From Eledone cirrhosa (Eukaryota), in the NCBI GenBank assembly GCA_964016885.1, contig OZ024741.1, positions 133,176,001 through 133,240,000 on the forward strand: a DNA stretch of 64,000 nt, in the 5' to 3' direction. Positions within the stretch are counted from its first letter, which is position 1. The number at the start of each line of letters is the position of its first letter. The notes beneath the pieces are model-generated. The model saw only the letters and a list, made by a program, of their open reading frames with translations, searched no databases and had not been told where the DNA came from. Positions 50,311 to 64,000 of the stretch are shown here, piece by piece. The position numbers were made by a program, and so were the translations under genes.

Positions 50311-51466
50311 ATCATCATCATCATCATCATCAACGTTTAACGTCCGTGTTCCACGCTTGCATGGGTTTGGACGGGGGTATTCCCACTTGAGGCAAGAGTG
50401 ATTGTCTTGCTCGCATAAGACTGTCTGGCAGGTTTTCTACAGTTGGATGCCCTTCCTAACACCAACCACATTTACAGTGTGGGACTGGGAGGTTTTTACC
50501 GTGTTGCCTACACGGCCACATTACAGCGTGGACTGTGTGTTTTTTTGTCGTGACACCTACACGATCTCATTTGTTTCGGCCTGGATGTTGTGGGACCAAC
50601 ATAACTTTACATAGGAGGGGGTGGTGTGGATGGGGTGTGGGTGGTGGGACGGGGGTGTATTTTGTTAGAGATGCCTACTGGCTGTAGTAGGTTTTACTAT
50701 GTATTTAGGTAAGGCGGGTCTTCTCTATTACTGAGTACCGCCAAAGGTCTCGGTCCAGTGACATTGTCTTGGTGAGGTGTAAGTGTGTGAGGTCGGAGTT
50801 TATCAGCTCATCCCAGGTTTTTCTGGGTCTGCCTATTCCGTGGCTACCGTCTATCTTTATTGCCCTGCACTTTGTTATACAGCTATCGTCCTTCATGCGC
50901 ATTACGTGACCATACCAACATAGCCTTCTCTCGAGTAGACAACATCTGATCCCTCTTATTTCTAATTTTTTCCTTAGTTCGTTTATGCTTTGTCGTTCAC
51001 GTATATTACTATTACACATCCAGCGGAGCATGCAAGCTTCATTTCTCTCTAGTCTGCGTATATCTTCTGCACACAATGCCCAGGTCTCACTGCCATGCAA
51101 CATTGCTGTTCGTATGCAGGCATCGTACAACCTGCCTTTCATTTTTAGGGAGAACCCTTTAGCGGCTAATAGTGGTATAAGCTCTCTGAACTTTTTCCAC
51201 CCAGTTCTGACTCTAGCTACTGTACTTTCAGAGCACCCTCCCCCACTGCTGATTTTGTCACCCAGGTAACGGAAGCTGTCCACTATTACTATAGAACCCT
51301 CTGCGCAGCTGAAAGAGCTAGTATTTTGTGGGCACTTGCTGCTACTTATTGCGCCGGAACACCGGCCACATGTAAAATCTATGTTCTTAGTTAGCTTACC
51401 TGTGATACCACTACATCTTTTATGCACCCAAACTTTGCATTTGGGACACAAAATGGAGTTTCTACC
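50311..51466 (-). mobile_element. PHD-RTE 3' fragment
   Basis: 248-aa ORF 50705-51451, 3'UTR, (CAT)n. Confidence 0.94.
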
Positions 51467-51784
51467 GTGTAGGCAACACGGTAAAAACCTCCCAGCCCCA
51501 CACTGTAAATGTGGTTGGTGTTAGGAAGGGCATCCAGCTGTAGAAAACCCGCCAGACAGTCCACGCTGTAATGTGGCCGTGTAGGCAACACGGTAAAAAC
51601 CTCCCAGCCCCACACTGTAAATGTGGTTGGTGTTAGGAAGGGCATCCAACTGTAGAAACCCCGCCAGACAGTCCTATGCGAGCAAGACAACCACTCTTGC
51701 CTCAAGTGGGAAAACCCCACGTCCAAACCCATGCAAGCATGGAACACGGACGCTAAACCTGATGATGATGATGATGATGATGAT
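51465..51784 (+). mobile_element. PHD-RTE 3'UTR fragment (duplicated-module subfamily), head-to-head with the previous copy
   Basis: Two aggaagggcatcc modules; (GAT)n tail followed by (TA)n. Confidence 0.9.
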
Positions 51785-51793
51785 ATATAATAT

Positions 51794-51899
<106 letters not shown>

Positions 51900-51992
51900 A
51901 CTAACATAAGCGCACAGATGTACGCTAATGCCAGCAAATACACAGGTTATGTCATAGTACCTAGGTGGTTCAATGCAGGAGGATGCAGAACA

Positions 51993-52681
<689 letters not shown>

Positions 52682-53031
52682 ATATATATAGGAAAAGAGT
52701 CAGGACCCTGACGGCTGAGCCCCGGATAACCACAGATACCACCAAATATTTAACAAATATACTGTTAAATTCTCAAACAATCTCCAGCAAAAAATAAGTA
52801 ACTACAACATTTATAAACTTAAAAATAATAGGACTACACCACCACAACATAATTTAAATAGGACTGCACCTTTTAAAAAGGCAAATAATACAATCCTTCA
52901 ACCTAGAAAACACAACCACCCAAATCACCAACACAAAAACAACAGAACACAAAATCACAATACAACCCTAGCACCAAACCACCCACAGAGCAACCTTCAT
53001 TCTCCTGCTATCATTAATTACAATAGGAATA

Positions 53032-53216
53032 GGGCGGTGAATTGGCAGTATCGGTAGAGGGTTGGATTATGCTTTCCAGCATAGTTACGTCCCTTTACAA
53101 TCTGAGTTCAATTCCCGCCGAGGTTAACTTTGCCTTTCATCCTTACGGGGTCGATAAAATAAAGTACCAGTAATGTACTGGGATAATTGCTGGCCTTGTG
53201 CCAAAAAGTAGAAACA
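53032..53216 (+). mobile_element. Full-length tRNA-derived SINE (Meta-domain-like centre) with 19-bp TSD
   Basis: TSD attaattacaataggaata at 53013-53031 and 53217-53235; A box tggcagtatcgg, B box gagttcaattccc. Confidence 0.88.
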
Positions 53217-53717
53217 ATTAATTACAATAGGAATAACTCAAGGATTAATGAGAATAATATAGGCACTCCCAACAACCATCTTACATATGGCTGTAATTGC
53301 AGAAATAGAAGCATTTGCCCCTTAAATGGCAACTGTTTGATTAATAATGTAATATATAAATGCACTGTGTCTACTACAGACTCCAACAAAACATATATAG
53401 GATCTACATCAAACACATTTAAGAAAAGATTTTACACACACCCTAGTAGTTTCAACAATACTAAACTAGCTAACACCACATCTTTAGCTGAAGCGGTAAA
53501 TAATTATAAAAAGAAAAAAATAGATTTCAAGTTATCGTGGAACACCATTCTACAAAGAACTCCATATCTTGGGAACAGGATGGAGTGCAGATTATGTTCA
53601 AGGGAGATCTTAGAAATTACTAAATCTAAGGACGATTTATTAAATAAAAGACAGGAACTGATAATAGTTTGTAATCACCGTATACGAAGAACATTTAAAT
53701 ACTATAAACCTAATTAA
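53217..53717 (+). pseudogene. Penelope-like element C-terminal GIY-YIG endonuclease
   Basis: CNCRNRSICPLNGNCL..VIYKCTV..YIGST..FKKRF.TH..CRLCSRE..LLNKRQE..CNH; upstream part (~52740-53031) split off by the SINE. Confidence 0.85.
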
Positions 53718-53938
53718 ACCTAATTAAATATTCTAAATAGCAACTCACTATAATTCTATATAGAGTAACATTTATAAGTACCCCTTTCCCTAATTATATG
53801 CATTCATGCTTATTTTTTACCTTTTAATGTTTTAGCTTCCTTAGGCTTATGCGTTAATGTCTAAAGGCAACAAGGTACACAACCACCCGTAATTGCATGA
53901 GTAAATATATATCTATGTATGATATGGAAATATATTTA

Positions 53939-53981
<43 letters not shown>

Positions 53982-54017
53982 GTATGTGTATATATGTATG
54001 TATATATATATGTATAT

Positions 54018-56266
54018 GAAATACAACTTGCGTCGGATGTGAAGGGCGTTAAGACAATGTATAATCTTCTTTGTGAAGTGTATGGACCACCTATATCACC
54101 AGTTGCGCCTCTTAGGACAAAGGATGGCAATCAGCTCCTCAGAGATCCCAATGATATCCTGTTGAGATGGCGGGAACACTTTGACGAGCTTCTAAATAGG
54201 GATTCAGAGGTTGACGAAGAGTTTATCAGGTCCATACCTGATAAGCCAGTAAAGGAAATCCTTGCTGAACCTCCAACGATCGAGGAGGTTAAAAGTCTGG
54301 AAACTCAATGGTGGGAAGTCGCCTGGATTGGATGGGTTGTATGCTGAGATCTTGAAGCACGGTGGAGAGAATCTCTTGCACCGACTTCATTCTTTGGTTC
54401 TGGATGCCTGGAACAACAATCATATTCCCGATGACTGGAAGGATGCTGTGATGGTTGTTTTGTACAAGGGAAAGGGAGACAGGGATGACTGCGGAAACTA
54501 TCGTGGGATATCACTGTTGTCTGTTGTCGGCAAAGTTCTCTGTAGAATTCTGTTGGAGTCGCAATCGGGCTTTCGGGCTGGGCGTGGCACTGTGGACATG
54601 ATCTTTACAGCCAGACAACTGCAGGAAAAGTGTGTTGAGCAGAATGTGGATCTCTACCAGGTGTTTGTTGATCTGACAAAGGCATTTGACACGGTCAACA
54701 GAAAGGCTTTATGGGATATCTTGAGGAAGCTGGGGTGCCCTGAGAAGTTTGTTTCCATGTTGCGTTTGTTCCATGATGACATGAAGGCATGGGTAAATGT
54801 TGGTGGAAAGCTCTCTGAGCCGGTGACAGTCGAGAATGGAGTCAAACAGGGTGACATTCCAGCTCCAACACTCTTTGCTTTGTACTTCTGCATTGACTTC
54901 GAACAGGCCTTCGGGAACTGCAATCATGGTATATATGTTCACTATCGATCAACTGGAAAGCTGTTTAATATCAGGAGGTTCAATGCTAAGTCAAAGGTTC
55001 ACTTGTCACTAATCAGGGATTTGCTTTATGCAGATGACTGTGACCTGGTAGCACACACTGAGATTGATAAGCAGCATCTCATGGATGCATTTTCTAATGC
55101 GTGTACTGCATTGGGACTTACCATAAGCCTGAAAAAGACAGTAGCCATGTACCAACCAGCCCCTGGGAAGCCATGTTATGAGCCCAACATCTTGGTTTAT
55201 GGTGAACGGCTAAGGGTCGTTGACAGTTTTGTATATCTTGGAAGCACTCTGAGTATGTCCTGCGATCTTGATGGGGAAATATCAAACGGGATACAAAAAG
55301 CCAGTGATGCTTTTGGAAAACTGAACAAGTGTCTCTGGTCTCAACACAGAATTTCAGTAAAGACAAAGCTCAAAGTGTATCATGCGTGTGTGCTCGCGGC
55401 ACTTCTTTATACTTGTGAGACATGGGTGGTCTACCGTAGACAGAAGAAGCGACTTGAAAGGTTCCACCAGTACTGCTTACGTCGTAGCCTCTGCATAACT
55501 TGGCAAATGTTTGTCAGTGACGTCGAGGTTCTGGACAGAAGTGGCTGTGATAGTGTCGAGTCCTTGATTTTGAAACATCAGCTGCGTTGGATAGGCCATC
55601 TTGTAAGGATGAATGACAAGTGAATGCCGAAGCAGCTGCTTTATGGCGAGCTCCAAATGGGAAAAAGGAATGCGAGCAAACCCAAGATGCGTTTTAAGGA
55701 CTGCATCAAGGGGGCGCTCAAGAAAAGTAACATCCCTTGTGAGCACTGGGAAGCATGCGCTAGCGACCGATCGCATTGGAGGAAAGCAGTGGCTAGTGGC
55801 AAGCGTCTATTTGAGGAAACAAGAAGAAGGCATGCGACACTAAAAAGAGATGTTCGGAAAGGAATCCATGTTGGCCTTCCCGAAGGTACTGACAGACGGC
55901 TTGACCTGACATGTGAGACCTGTAATAGGGTTTGTCTGAGCATGGCAGGTCTAAAGAGTCACCTGAGAGTGCACAAGAACAGGGAAGCAGGCACCTGTGG
56001 AGCTGTGGGTGTTCATCAGATGACGAAATGTGATGTTTGTGGAAGGGTATGCAGGTCGAGTAGTGATCTCAGATGACACCTTGGGTCACATGGTACCATG
56101 GGCCCAGCACTAGGTGTCAATAATTGTCACAAGTGTAGTGTTTGTACCAGAGTTTTCAAGTCGCTGGCTGGACTAAAAAGTCACACTCGTTCAGCGTATC
56201 GGTAGGGGTTCTCCTACATGGATATAAAGTAGTGGCCATACTCGAAAACGAGTTGGCAGCCACCAT
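54018..56266 (+). mobile_element. 5'-truncated RTE (BovB-like) LINE with C-terminal C2H2 fingers
   Basis: NYRGISLLS, QSGFRAGR, FVDLTKAFDTV, GVKQG, LLYADD, QLRWIGH; CETCNRVC..LKSHLRVH; frameshift at ~54295, stop at 55621. Confidence 0.93.
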
Positions 56267-56441
56267 ATGTATGTGTGTATGTGTATGTGTGTATATATAT
56301 ATGTGTGTGTTTGTGTGTCTATATGTGAGTATAGGTGTATGAGTGTTTATATATGAGTGTGTGTACATGTATGAGGAGTGTACATACACACACATATATA
56401 TATGTGTGTGTGTGTATATATATGTATATATATATATGTAT

Positions 56442-56485
<44 letters not shown>

Positions 56486-57561
56486 GTATATATATATGTA
56501 TATATGTGGGTATACGTGTGTATGTGTGGATATAGATATGTATGGATATGTGTGTATATGATTATGTGCATATGTGTAAATGTGTATTTAGGTTTGCATC
56601 TATTTGTGCGTATGTATATTTTTGGTTGGATATCAATATAACTGTACCTCTCTATATATATAGTGTGGATATATGCACTTTGTAATCTATGAAATTTATG
56701 TGTTTTAATTATGCCAACATGTATTTATCTGAGTTTGATATGCATAAACATACTTGATAGTATTTTAGAGCGTATCATATGCTGTATTATACTAAGTGCA
56801 ATTTACCACACAGTACTATATTGTGGTTTAGTTGTTTATTACCACATTACTGTATTTCATTATCTTATTATAATTTTCATCTTTTAATATACTATCTTTC
56901 CTAGCCATAACCTTAATTTATATTCACCTAAAAACTCAATACAACACTAATCACCATTTATTTTGACATTCTTTTTAACTTCACTATACCAGATACATTC
57001 AACTATCAGTTTGACAATCCCTTTCCTCCCAATAGATTGTTATGCCAATTCTACTATTAATACCATTCAACCATTCCTTTCAAAGGGTCATGACCGCAAC
57101 TAAAGTATATTACTTTTCATCTTAACACCATAAGAAAAAAAACAATTTGATTCATTAGTTCTTCAACTACCTCCAAATAAGGACATGATACATACTACTA
57201 ATTCTGAATAAAATTATTATTGAATAAAATTATTATTGCTTTTGAAAACAGCTGGGGATATGCATGTAAGTAAATATTCTCTTTATCTGATATTTTGTAA
57301 CTAACCTTACATAGATCAATAACGGAGTATAGCTACAATGTATTATCATCATCTAGGGAAGTATATCTCTAATGACTTGACTTTTTTATTTCATTGTTTT
57401 AACTTATATATATATACTAGACCACCCGTGACCTAAAATATTTTTTTTAAATCATGTTCACTGAAAAATAATTTTTATATAATTAAAATATACACAGACA
57501 TGTATATAATGTGAAATGAAACTGGAAGGCCCATATATATATACGTGTGTGTATGTAAATA

Positions 57562-57679
57562 CAGTGTCCCGCAAAAGTTTACAACACAGGAAAAATGCGG
57601 TTTTAGGTATTTTTAATAAAGTTAGGGTAATGAAAATTTAACTACTGATAGAACATATAATGAGGCATTTAATGATACG
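57562..57679 (+). mobile_element. Outer 118 bp of a Tc1 TIR
   Basis: TA|cagtgtcccgcaaaagtttacaacac... corresponds to the reverse complement of 61232-61352. Confidence 0.88.
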
Positions 57680-58830
57680 TGGGGTCCTTTAACTTCCATA
57701 TTCTTCTCCTCAGGGTAGTCCTCCTCTGTTGTCGAGTACGTCTAGTCCTGACTATGAGGTCGCTAACTATGAGGCTATGTTGGGAGGTGCATTCTTCATG
57801 GGGGAGGGATTTAGTGTTTATAACAGACACTTTGTCACGTCTTCTGGTAAGGATATAATCTATCTGATTATAGGTGATCAAGTGATTGTCTCATTTTTTG
57901 AAGTTTGTGTTACAGATATTTAGGTTATTAACATCACAGAATTCCAGGATTCTGAATCCTTCCTCATTTCTAGTACCAAGCCCATAGCCTCCATGGATTC
58001 CATCATAGCCGTCACAATGTTGTCCAACATGACCATTTAGGTCACCAGCAATAATTATGTAGTCACTGTTGGTTATTTGGGAGGTAGTGAGCATTAGCGA
58101 CTCATAGAATCTTTCTTTTATAACGCAAGGTAGTCCAGAATGGGGTGCATAAGTGAATATTATTGTCACAATAGTTCTGTTTAGGACTAGTCTTATTTTA
58201 ATTATTCTCTATTTTAATTATTCTCTATTTACGGCAATTACCTTATCTACCCATTTTTCTGCTAACATGAATCCTACTCCACCCAGCCCATTGTCATTTC
58301 CCACCCAGAAAAGTTTATAGCATCGTTTTTTACCCACAATGAATCTAGCAGACCCACCCCTCCACCTAGTCTCTTGAACACAACAAACATCAACTTCCTT
58401 ACGTTCAACCATCTCTACAACCTCATTTGAGGGGCCTTTTAAGGTGCCTACATTCATGGTTCCAACTCTGAAGTTTTGGATTTCGTTGAGTGGGTAGAAA
58501 GGATGGGTTGGAGGCACAGGGAGGGGTGAGGGGGATGGGGTTATGTTAGCCATCCGTTTCTGAAATAATGAGGAGTCCTTGCATTTTCGTCCAGCAACAG
58601 GAGGTTAATTTATCTTTATCTTTGACATTGTCATTGAGTGTTCAGATTCTTCAGACTCTATAAATCCCGTAGTCCATCTAGCATATCGAGGAGGGAGTAC
58701 TAGCCGAGGCGGTGGTTTTATGAAAGAGGTTGGGGAGAGAAACATATTATAAGCCACTGAATTATGATTGGACCAAATAGTAATGGTGGTGTGTGGGGGC
58801 GGAAGGGAAATGGGAAGGTTAACGAGCAGA
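57680..58830 (-). mobile_element. PHD-RTE 5' part (5'UTR + APE)
   Basis: VGTMNVGTL, VQETRW, AGDLNGH, QIDYIL; stops and frameshifts. Confidence 0.92.
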
Positions 58831-59138
58831 ATAATTTTTCTGAGGGTCCTACACATTTGACCATAATCATAATTATGAGAAGTTAAACGAGAAGTTTAAT
58901 ATAAATAAATACCATATATATAAATATATATAAAAATTAGAATTGGTGCTCTGAAATAGCAATATATATATGAATGTATATATAGTGTATTTTGCAATAC
59001 ACTGTATGCTTAATTAAAAGCATTTTGAAAACCATACGCCATTGTTTTAAAGTAGCGACATTGTCCCTTACTTAAATTTTCGGCAGCGCTGTTTCGTACT
59101 ATTTGGTACTTATCAAAACTCACTACTCTCCTACATGT

Positions 59139-59581
59139 GAAGGTGCATGGCTTAGTGGTTAGAGCATTGGGCTTGCAATCAAAAGGTTGTGAGTTTTATT
59201 CTCAGACCGGGTGATGTGTTGTTTCCTTGAGCAAGACACTTTATTTCACAATGCTCCAGTTTACTCAGCTGTAGAAATGAGACGATAGGACTGGGGTCCC
59301 TATCATTCCACTGCAATGTGGTCGTGGAGGTGCCACGGCAAAAAAGCACCTAGCCCACACTATAAAGTGGACGTTTAGGCGCCATGGAAAAAAAGCACCC
59401 AGCACTCACTGTAAATGAGGTTGGTGTTAGGAAGGGCATCCAGCTGTAGAAATCAAGCCAGAATTAGTTCCCGTATGAGCAAGACAAGGTCAGCCAACCG
59501 AACACTGCCCACAACAGGACAACCCATCTAACCCATGCTAGCGTTGAAGAACGGACGTAAAAACAGTGATGATGATGATGA
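59139..59581 (+). mobile_element. Full-length CORE-like SINE with RTE-type (GAT)n tail
   Basis: A/B boxes, core motif, aggaagggcatcc, aacccatgctagcg..gatgatgat. Confidence 0.88.
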
Positions 59582-59890
59582 TATATATATACTACAAAAA
59601 CTCTGTGATTGCTTGCTTGCTTGTTTGTAATGTAATACAGCCAAAATGGCGCATAAGGGGAAAATACTTTGAAATGGAATAAAACAAGTTTTGTGTAAAT
59701 CGGAGCACGGGTTCCTGAGATATGGGGTTTTTCCGGGTAACTTCATAAACAGAGAGAGATGGAGAGAAAGAGACAGTGGTTGTGAGAAAGTAGATTGAAA
59801 AAGAGGGAGAGGAGACAGAGAAGGAGAATGGAAGAGAGAGAGAGAGCTGGTGTTGTCGTGTATATATATATTTGATTGTGTGTGTATATA

Positions 59891-60106
59891 CAGGGTGTGG
59901 ACGATATTTGTTCACAATTTTCAACTGCTAATTTTATGCAAATTTTTTTTACTTCCTTTGTCACTTTTGTCTTCATAAAAACAGTGACTATATTTCCATT
60001 ATTTACTTTCAGAATAATTGATTATGAATAATTTTGAACATCCAAATTTGGGGAATCCGCGCAGGGAGGACAAATAAGGAAATTTCAGACTTTCTCAGCG
60101 TCAGCA
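59891..60106 (+). mobile_element. maT 5' terminal fragment
   Basis: TA|cagggtgtggacgatatttg... collinear with the reverse complement of 5865-6102, with a small deletion. Confidence 0.9.
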
Positions 60107-61352
<1,246 letters not shown>

Positions 61353-63031
61353 TATATACTTAGCTTTTGTTGACTTGGAGAAAGCCTTTGACAGAGTCCC
61401 CCGCTCCATTATCTGGTGGGCTCTCAGAAAACTAGGTGTTGATGAATGGCTTGTGAGAGCTATACAAGCTATGTATAAAGAAACAGTCAGTAAGGTTAGC
61501 ATTAACAACGAATATAGTGAAGAATTTAGCGTAAAAGTTGGTGTTCATCAAGGCTCTGTCCTTAGCCCCCTCCTATTTATTATTGCCCTTCAGGCTATAA
61601 CAGAGGAGTTCAAGACCGGCTTCCCATGGGAACTTCTCTACGCAGATGATCTAACTCTCATAGCTGAATCGGTGGCTGAACTAGAGAAGAAATTCCAAAC
61701 GTGGAAGCATGCCCTAGAATCAAAAGGCCTTAAAGTTAACTTGTCTAAGACTAAAGTTATAGTATGTAGAAAGGAAAATAGGGTACAAGTACCCTCTGGC
61801 AAAATGGCCATGCTCTGTGTGTAGGAAAGGAGTAGGCAAAAATTCCATATTATGTCCCAAATGCAAACTATGGGTACATAAAAGATGTAGTGGGATCACA
61901 GGTAAGCTATCTAAGAAGGTAGATTTTATATGTGGCCAATGCTCAGGTGCAATAAGTAGTAGCAAGTGCCCACAGGATACTAGCTCCTTCTATTGCTCAG
62001 ATGGTTCTATAGAAATAGTGGACACTTTCCGTTACCTAGGTGATGAAATCAGCAGTGGTGGAGGGTGTTCTGAAAGTACAGTAGCCAGAGTCAGAACGGG
62101 ATGGAAAAAGTTCAGAGAGCTTAAACCGCTGTTGGCCACAAAAGATTTCTCTCTAAAAATGAAAGGTAGGCTGTATGATGCCTGCATATGAACAGCAATG
62201 TTACATGGCAGTGAGACATGGGCTTTGTGTGCAGAGGATCTGCGCAGACTGGAGAGGAACGAAGTATTCATGCTCCGTTGGATGTGTAATAGTAATATAC
62301 GTGAACGGCAAAGCATAAATGAACTAAGTGAAAAATTAGGAATAAGAGGGATCAGATGCTGTTTACTCGAAAGAAGACTACGTTGGTATGGTCATGTGAT
62401 GCGCATGAAAATGACAGTTGTATAAAAAAGTGCAGGGCGATCAAAATTGATGGAAGTTATGGAGTAGGTAGACCCAGAAAAACCTGGGACGATTTGATAA
62501 ATTCCAACCTCACACACTTTCACCTCTCTAAGACAATGGACCGAGAGCTTTGGCGCTATGCAGTAATACAGAAGACCCGCCTTGCCTATGTACAAAGAAA
62601 AACCTAGTCAGTAGGCATCTCTTAAACAAATATATACCACATCCCACTACCCCTACTCCATCCCCCACCCCCACCCCCACTACCCCTACTCCACCCCAAC
62701 CCCCACTCCCACCAACACCACCCTTTCTCTGTAAAGTTATGTTGGTACCACAACATCCAGTCCAAAATAATTGAGGTCGTGTAGGTGTCACGACAAAAAA
62801 ACACACAGTCCACGCTGTAAAGTGGCCGCGTAGGTAACACACTAAAAACCTCCCAGTTCCACACTGTAAACGTGGTTGGTGTTAGGAAGGGTACCTAGCC
62901 GTAGAAAACCTGCCGGACAGCCCTATACAAGCGAGATATGATCACCCGACTAATCTTGTCTCAAGTAGGACAATTCCCATCTAAACCCATGCTAGCATGG
63001 AAGATAAACGTTAAACATTGATGATGATGAT
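61353..63031 (+). mobile_element. PHD-RTE 3' half
   Basis: Starts at (c)tatacttagc = LYLAFVDLEKAFD immediately after the Tc1 TA; YADD, PHD, (GAT)n tail. Confidence 0.94.
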
Positions 63032-63042
63032 ATATATATATA

Positions 63043-63088
63043 TGAAGGCACATGGCTTAGTGGTTAGAGCATTGGGCTAGCAATCAAA
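63043..63088 (+). mobile_element. SINE head fragment
   Basis: gaaggcacatggcttagtggttagagcattgg. Confidence 0.7.
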
Positions 63089-63627
63089 ATATATATACTT
63101 AAAGAATAAAGAGTAACATGGTTGGCTGTACAATAAGGGCTTTATTTAAAGTACTGACAATTGTTTCGTTGATCATGCGAGTCTAGAGTTTGCTAATCGC
63201 TTGAGGTTGCGTCAATCGATCTCCAATACATTATTTACCTCTGGTCAACACAGATTACGACGCAGAGTACTCACAACCTCTAACTGGATTACCTATAACG
63301 ATAACTTGTTATCCCATATATATATATATATATATAAAAGGAAGTACAGAATAATCGAAGCTCTGGCTGCAGCAAAGCTAACAAATACAATCAGGGTGTG
63401 CAGCTAAGCACTCAATAAGGAATTTTACCTTAGAGTTATAACATTACGTTTAGACAGCTTTGCAAATTGAAGACAGCGACCGATAGGCGAGCCGTAGTGA
63501 CCAAAGCAACGAAAAAACTGACTCAGGAAAAATATGACAAACGAGGACCATCGCGTTTATATTATACAATATCTCCGCTAGGTTTCTGTAAATCCGAAAT
63601 CAACAAAATCCACTTGCAGAGACCTGC

Positions 63628-64000
63628 ATATTAACGGCTGAGCAGCCTAATTTGCATATCGAGTGAGTTAGTCGGCCGGGCGCACCGAAAACAAAAAATG
63701 GAAAAAATGAAACGAAATTTCATTTCTCACTCTTAGTACGGCTGTTACTTAAATATAAGTATGTATACGTACATACATACATATATGTATACAGACGTAC
63801 ATAAGTATGTATATATGTATGTATATATATACATACTTCTGTACGTCTGTGTACATATATGTATGTACGTATACATACTTATATTTAAGTAACAGCCGTA
63901 CTAAGAGTGAGAAATTAAATTTCATTTCATTTTTTCCATTTATCGTTTTCGGCCGAATAACTCACTTGATATGCAAATTAGGCTGCTCAGCCGTTAATAT
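63628..64000. repeat. Long palindrome centred at ~63820 (runs off the window end)
   Basis: 63628 atattaacggctgagcagcc... pairs with ...ggctgctcagccgttaatat 64000. Confidence 0.92.

Noticed and set aside
55621-55623. In-frame TGA as selenocysteine or readthrough
   Set aside because: The position is normally Arg (R.PK motif), so CGA>TGA CpG decay explains it; the element also has a frameshift
55915-56090. C2H2 zinc fingers as a host ZNF gene
   Set aside because: They are the in-frame C-terminus of the RTE ORF and lack TGEKP linkers
63150-63275. Minus-strand GAAAcaattgTC with matching stem I as a hammerhead
   Set aside because: The CUGANGA core is absent (only CTG follows the stem I strand)

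Overview
This is AT-rich, repeat-saturated animal DNA. The mix of RTE/CR1 LINEs, tRNA-derived SINEs, Penelope-like remnants and very long (TA)n/(TATG)n tracts resembles a coleoid cephalopod (Octopus-like) intron or intergenic region; that assignment is inference only. I could not recognise any host protein-coding gene, rRNA, true tRNA or prokaryotic feature. Contents: (1) one apparently intact CR1-clade LINE (~18.7-23.0 kb). Its ORF1 (PHD-like finger, Gln-rich repeats) ends in a canonical G_GGA_AAC slippery heptamer directly followed by TAA. Its ORF2 (APE+RT) lies in the -1 frame and has no usable AUG, which makes it a candidate for programmed -1 ribosomal frameshifting. (2) More than 10 copies or fragments of an RTE family with a C4HC3 PHD finger inserted inside the RT, nearly all ending in (GAT)n next to TA-rich microsatellites. 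(3) A second RTE (BovB-like, C2H2 fingers) plus two ~600-bp non-autonomous elements that share its 3' end. (4) A DD37D maT transposon, a DD34E Tc1 IR/DR transposon in a chimeric arrangement, a MITE and a solo LTR. (5) Penelope-like remnants, including a GIY-YIG ORF and a hammerhead-ribozyme motif inside an inverted repeat. (6) A duplicated exon-like segment 44 kb apart. All calls were made by eye; boundaries of degraded repeats are approximate.
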